Position numbers and translations under genes: made by a program. DNA of 25,403 nucleotides from a virus (lineage: Duplodnaviria; Caudoviricetes): positions 1 to 25,403 of the IMG/VR virus record IMGVR_UViG_3300042306_000660; one strand, given 5' to 3'. Each line of letters begins with the position of its first letter. Positions within the stretch are counted from its first letter, which is position 1. Under the pieces are notes generated by a model. The model was not told the DNA's origin and searched no databases. It saw only the letters and a program-made list of their open reading frames with translations. This document shows, piece by piece, positions 24,045-25,403 of the stretch.

Positions 24045-25145
24045 ATGTCTAAGATTAAAGACTTGAAACTAAACCCTGACAACAATCTAAATATTATTTC
24101 TATTTTAGAATTGTTTAGTCCTGATGCAAAATCTAAGTATACAGACACGTTACTTAGATTGATGAAAAGTACCCCAAATATTAAGGGACACATCAAAGAA
24201 GTGAAAACTCACATCAGTACAACATTTGATTTTATTAGTGTTGAGTCTTTGGATAATTTCTCAGACATTCAATTATTATTGGTTCATCGTTTTTTAGATA
24301 CATTTTTTAATGAACAAGATTTAAAAACCTTTAGAAAATTCTGTGAATATAATGAAAGAGGTTTAATCACACAGAATGATTTAACAAAGTACAAATCATT
24401 TGAGGAAATTGTTTCTTCTGTTAGTATTGCCGAAATGAGAGTTGACATGAAAGAAATGGAAACTCAAATCATTAAGATACACGAAGACGATGAGTGGTTA
24501 TTGTTAAGACCATTAACATACGCCTCATCAAAAAAATACGGTTCTAATACTAAATGGTGCACAACTCAAGAAACTAATCCCGAGTATTTTACAAAGTATA
24601 CATCAAAAGGGGTATTGATTTATTGCATCAATAAAGTTAATGGTTATAAGGTCGCATCATTTTATTCATTAGATAAGAATGATCCTGAATTTTCATATTG
24701 GAATCAAAAAGATTCTCGTATCGATTCTACAGATTCTGAATTAACATTGGAACTAATTGGGTTTATTCGTGACTATGTTAAAGACCCTAAAGTCAAAACA
24801 AATCGTTACATGTTGGGTGATGATATGAGAGCCAAAGAAGATGTTTTATTGAAATCTAAAACATATAAAAGTGGGTCCGTACCTATGGATGTTGAGGAGG
24901 CGACTTGGCAGTCAGAACGACAATTAAGTACAAGAATTGGTGAGGCGATTCGTAGAGAAAATTATGAAGAAGATGTAACAACACAAGAAGAACCTGAAGC
25001 TATCATGGAGATGTCTGAAATGACCGAATTGTGTGAAACAGAACCCGAACCCCAATCTATTATCGAAAGGATGAGATTGGTAACTAACCCCACAGAAGAA
25101 ATGCCGGTGATTAATATACCAAGACGAGGAACTCAAAGAAGATAA
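24045..25145 (+). CDS. Hypothetical protein with YG..TKWCT motif and acidic tail
   Basis: PLTYASSKKYGSNTKWCTT...F..Y...G.LIY; Glu/Pro-rich C-terminus. Confidence 0.7.
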   Translation: MSKIKDLKLNPDNNLNIISILELFSPDAKSKYTDTLLRLMKSTPNIKGHIKEVKTHISTTFDFISVESLDNFSDIQLLLVHRFLDTFFNEQDLKTFRKFCEYNERGLITQNDLTKYKSFEEIVSSVSIAEMRVDMKEMETQIIKIHEDDEWLLLRPLTYASSKKYGSNTKWCTTQETNPEYFTKYTSKGVLIYCINKVNGYKVASFYSLDKNDPEFSYWNQKDSRIDSTDSELTLELIGFIRDYVKDPKVKTNRYMLGDDMRAKEDVLLKSKTYKSGSVPMDVEEATWQSERQLSTRIGEAIRRENYEEDVTTQEEPEAIMEMSEMTELCETEPEPQSIIERMRLVTNPTEEMPVINIPRRGTQRR

Positions 25146-25160
25146 AACAGTTTGTTTAGA

Positions 25161-25167
25161 TATTTAT
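25161..25167 (+). promoter_or_regulatory. TATTTAT putative phage (late-type) promoter motif
   Basis: 4 nt before ATG 25172. Confidence 0.55.
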
Positions 25168-25171
25168 TGAT

Positions 25172-25403
25172 ATGAAATTAATAGTATCAGAATCACAACT
25201 TAATAAAATTCTATTAGAATACTACGACGCAGATAAACTGTACGATAGGGAGTCCGTTGTTAACAGACTTAAAAAGGGTCCAAAATATATGAGGGAATAC
25301 ATTAAAAATTTACCTAATATAAAATGTTCCGATTCTGAGGGTAACGAAAGAATTTGCACTAAAATACCCGAAGTTGTGTACCAATTTTTAGTTGGGAATT
25401 TCT
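25172..25403 (+). CDS. Hypothetical protein running off the window edge (not in ORF track)
   Basis: MKLIVSESQLNKILLEYYDADKLYDRESVVNRLKKGPK...; open to the end of the window. Confidence 0.75.
   Translation, partial: MKLIVSESQLNKILLEYYDADKLYDRESVVNRLKKGPKYMREYIKNLPNIKCSDSEGNERICTKIPEVVYQFLVGNF

Noticed and set aside
59-25136. Minus-strand ORFs in the track other than DUF192 (e.g. 2487..2777, 5381..5644, 8775..9065, 17979..18407, 20201..20539)
   Set aside because: They lie antisense to well-supported genes, lack motifs, and show the Ser/Leu/Phe/Ile-rich composition of shadow frames
1-25403. Stop-codon reassignment, as seen in some large phages
   Set aside because: Genes tile tightly and enzyme motifs are complete under the standard code; TAA, TGA (8521, 12347, 22073, 23080) and TAG (1408) all end genes at sensible positions
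1-25403. CRISPR array, tRNA/rRNA, IS element, integrase, intron or intein
   Set aside because: Intergenic gaps are short and explained by promoters, terminators or micro-ORFs; I saw no repeat-spacer periodicity, cloverleaf, terminal repeats or splicing motifs

Overview
AT-rich, densely packed, almost entirely plus-strand block of about 50 mostly short genes. It looks like an accessory/nucleotide-metabolism region of a large (jumbo-type) tailed phage rather than a cellular chromosome; this is an inference, since no capsid, terminase or integrase gene is in the window. A Bacteroidota host is suggested by intergenic TTTG-N19-20-TAnnTTTG promoters and by A-rich, generally Shine-Dalgarno-free starts. 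Recognisable products are: three DNA methyltransferases (one amino-type, two C5), thymidylate synthase, TylF-type O-methyltransferase, NlpC/P60 and M23 peptidoglycan hydrolases, two tandem PcfJ-like paralogues, IscA/HesB, a dicluster ferredoxin, AdoMet decarboxylase, a cytidylyltransferase, two HAD phosphatases, a metallophosphoesterase, an SPFH protein and a DEDDh exonuclease. The most notable observation is a 169-aa ORF nested in the +1 frame of a C5 methyltransferase, with its own copy of the upstream initiation 11-mer, suggesting a two-polypeptide, dual-coded locus. Also notable are a second promoter-like motif (TANTTAT) just upstream of a distinct gene set, several of which share an N-terminal leader, and two very basic micro-proteins missed by the ORF track. 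All family calls come from motifs recognised by eye; no database searches were run.
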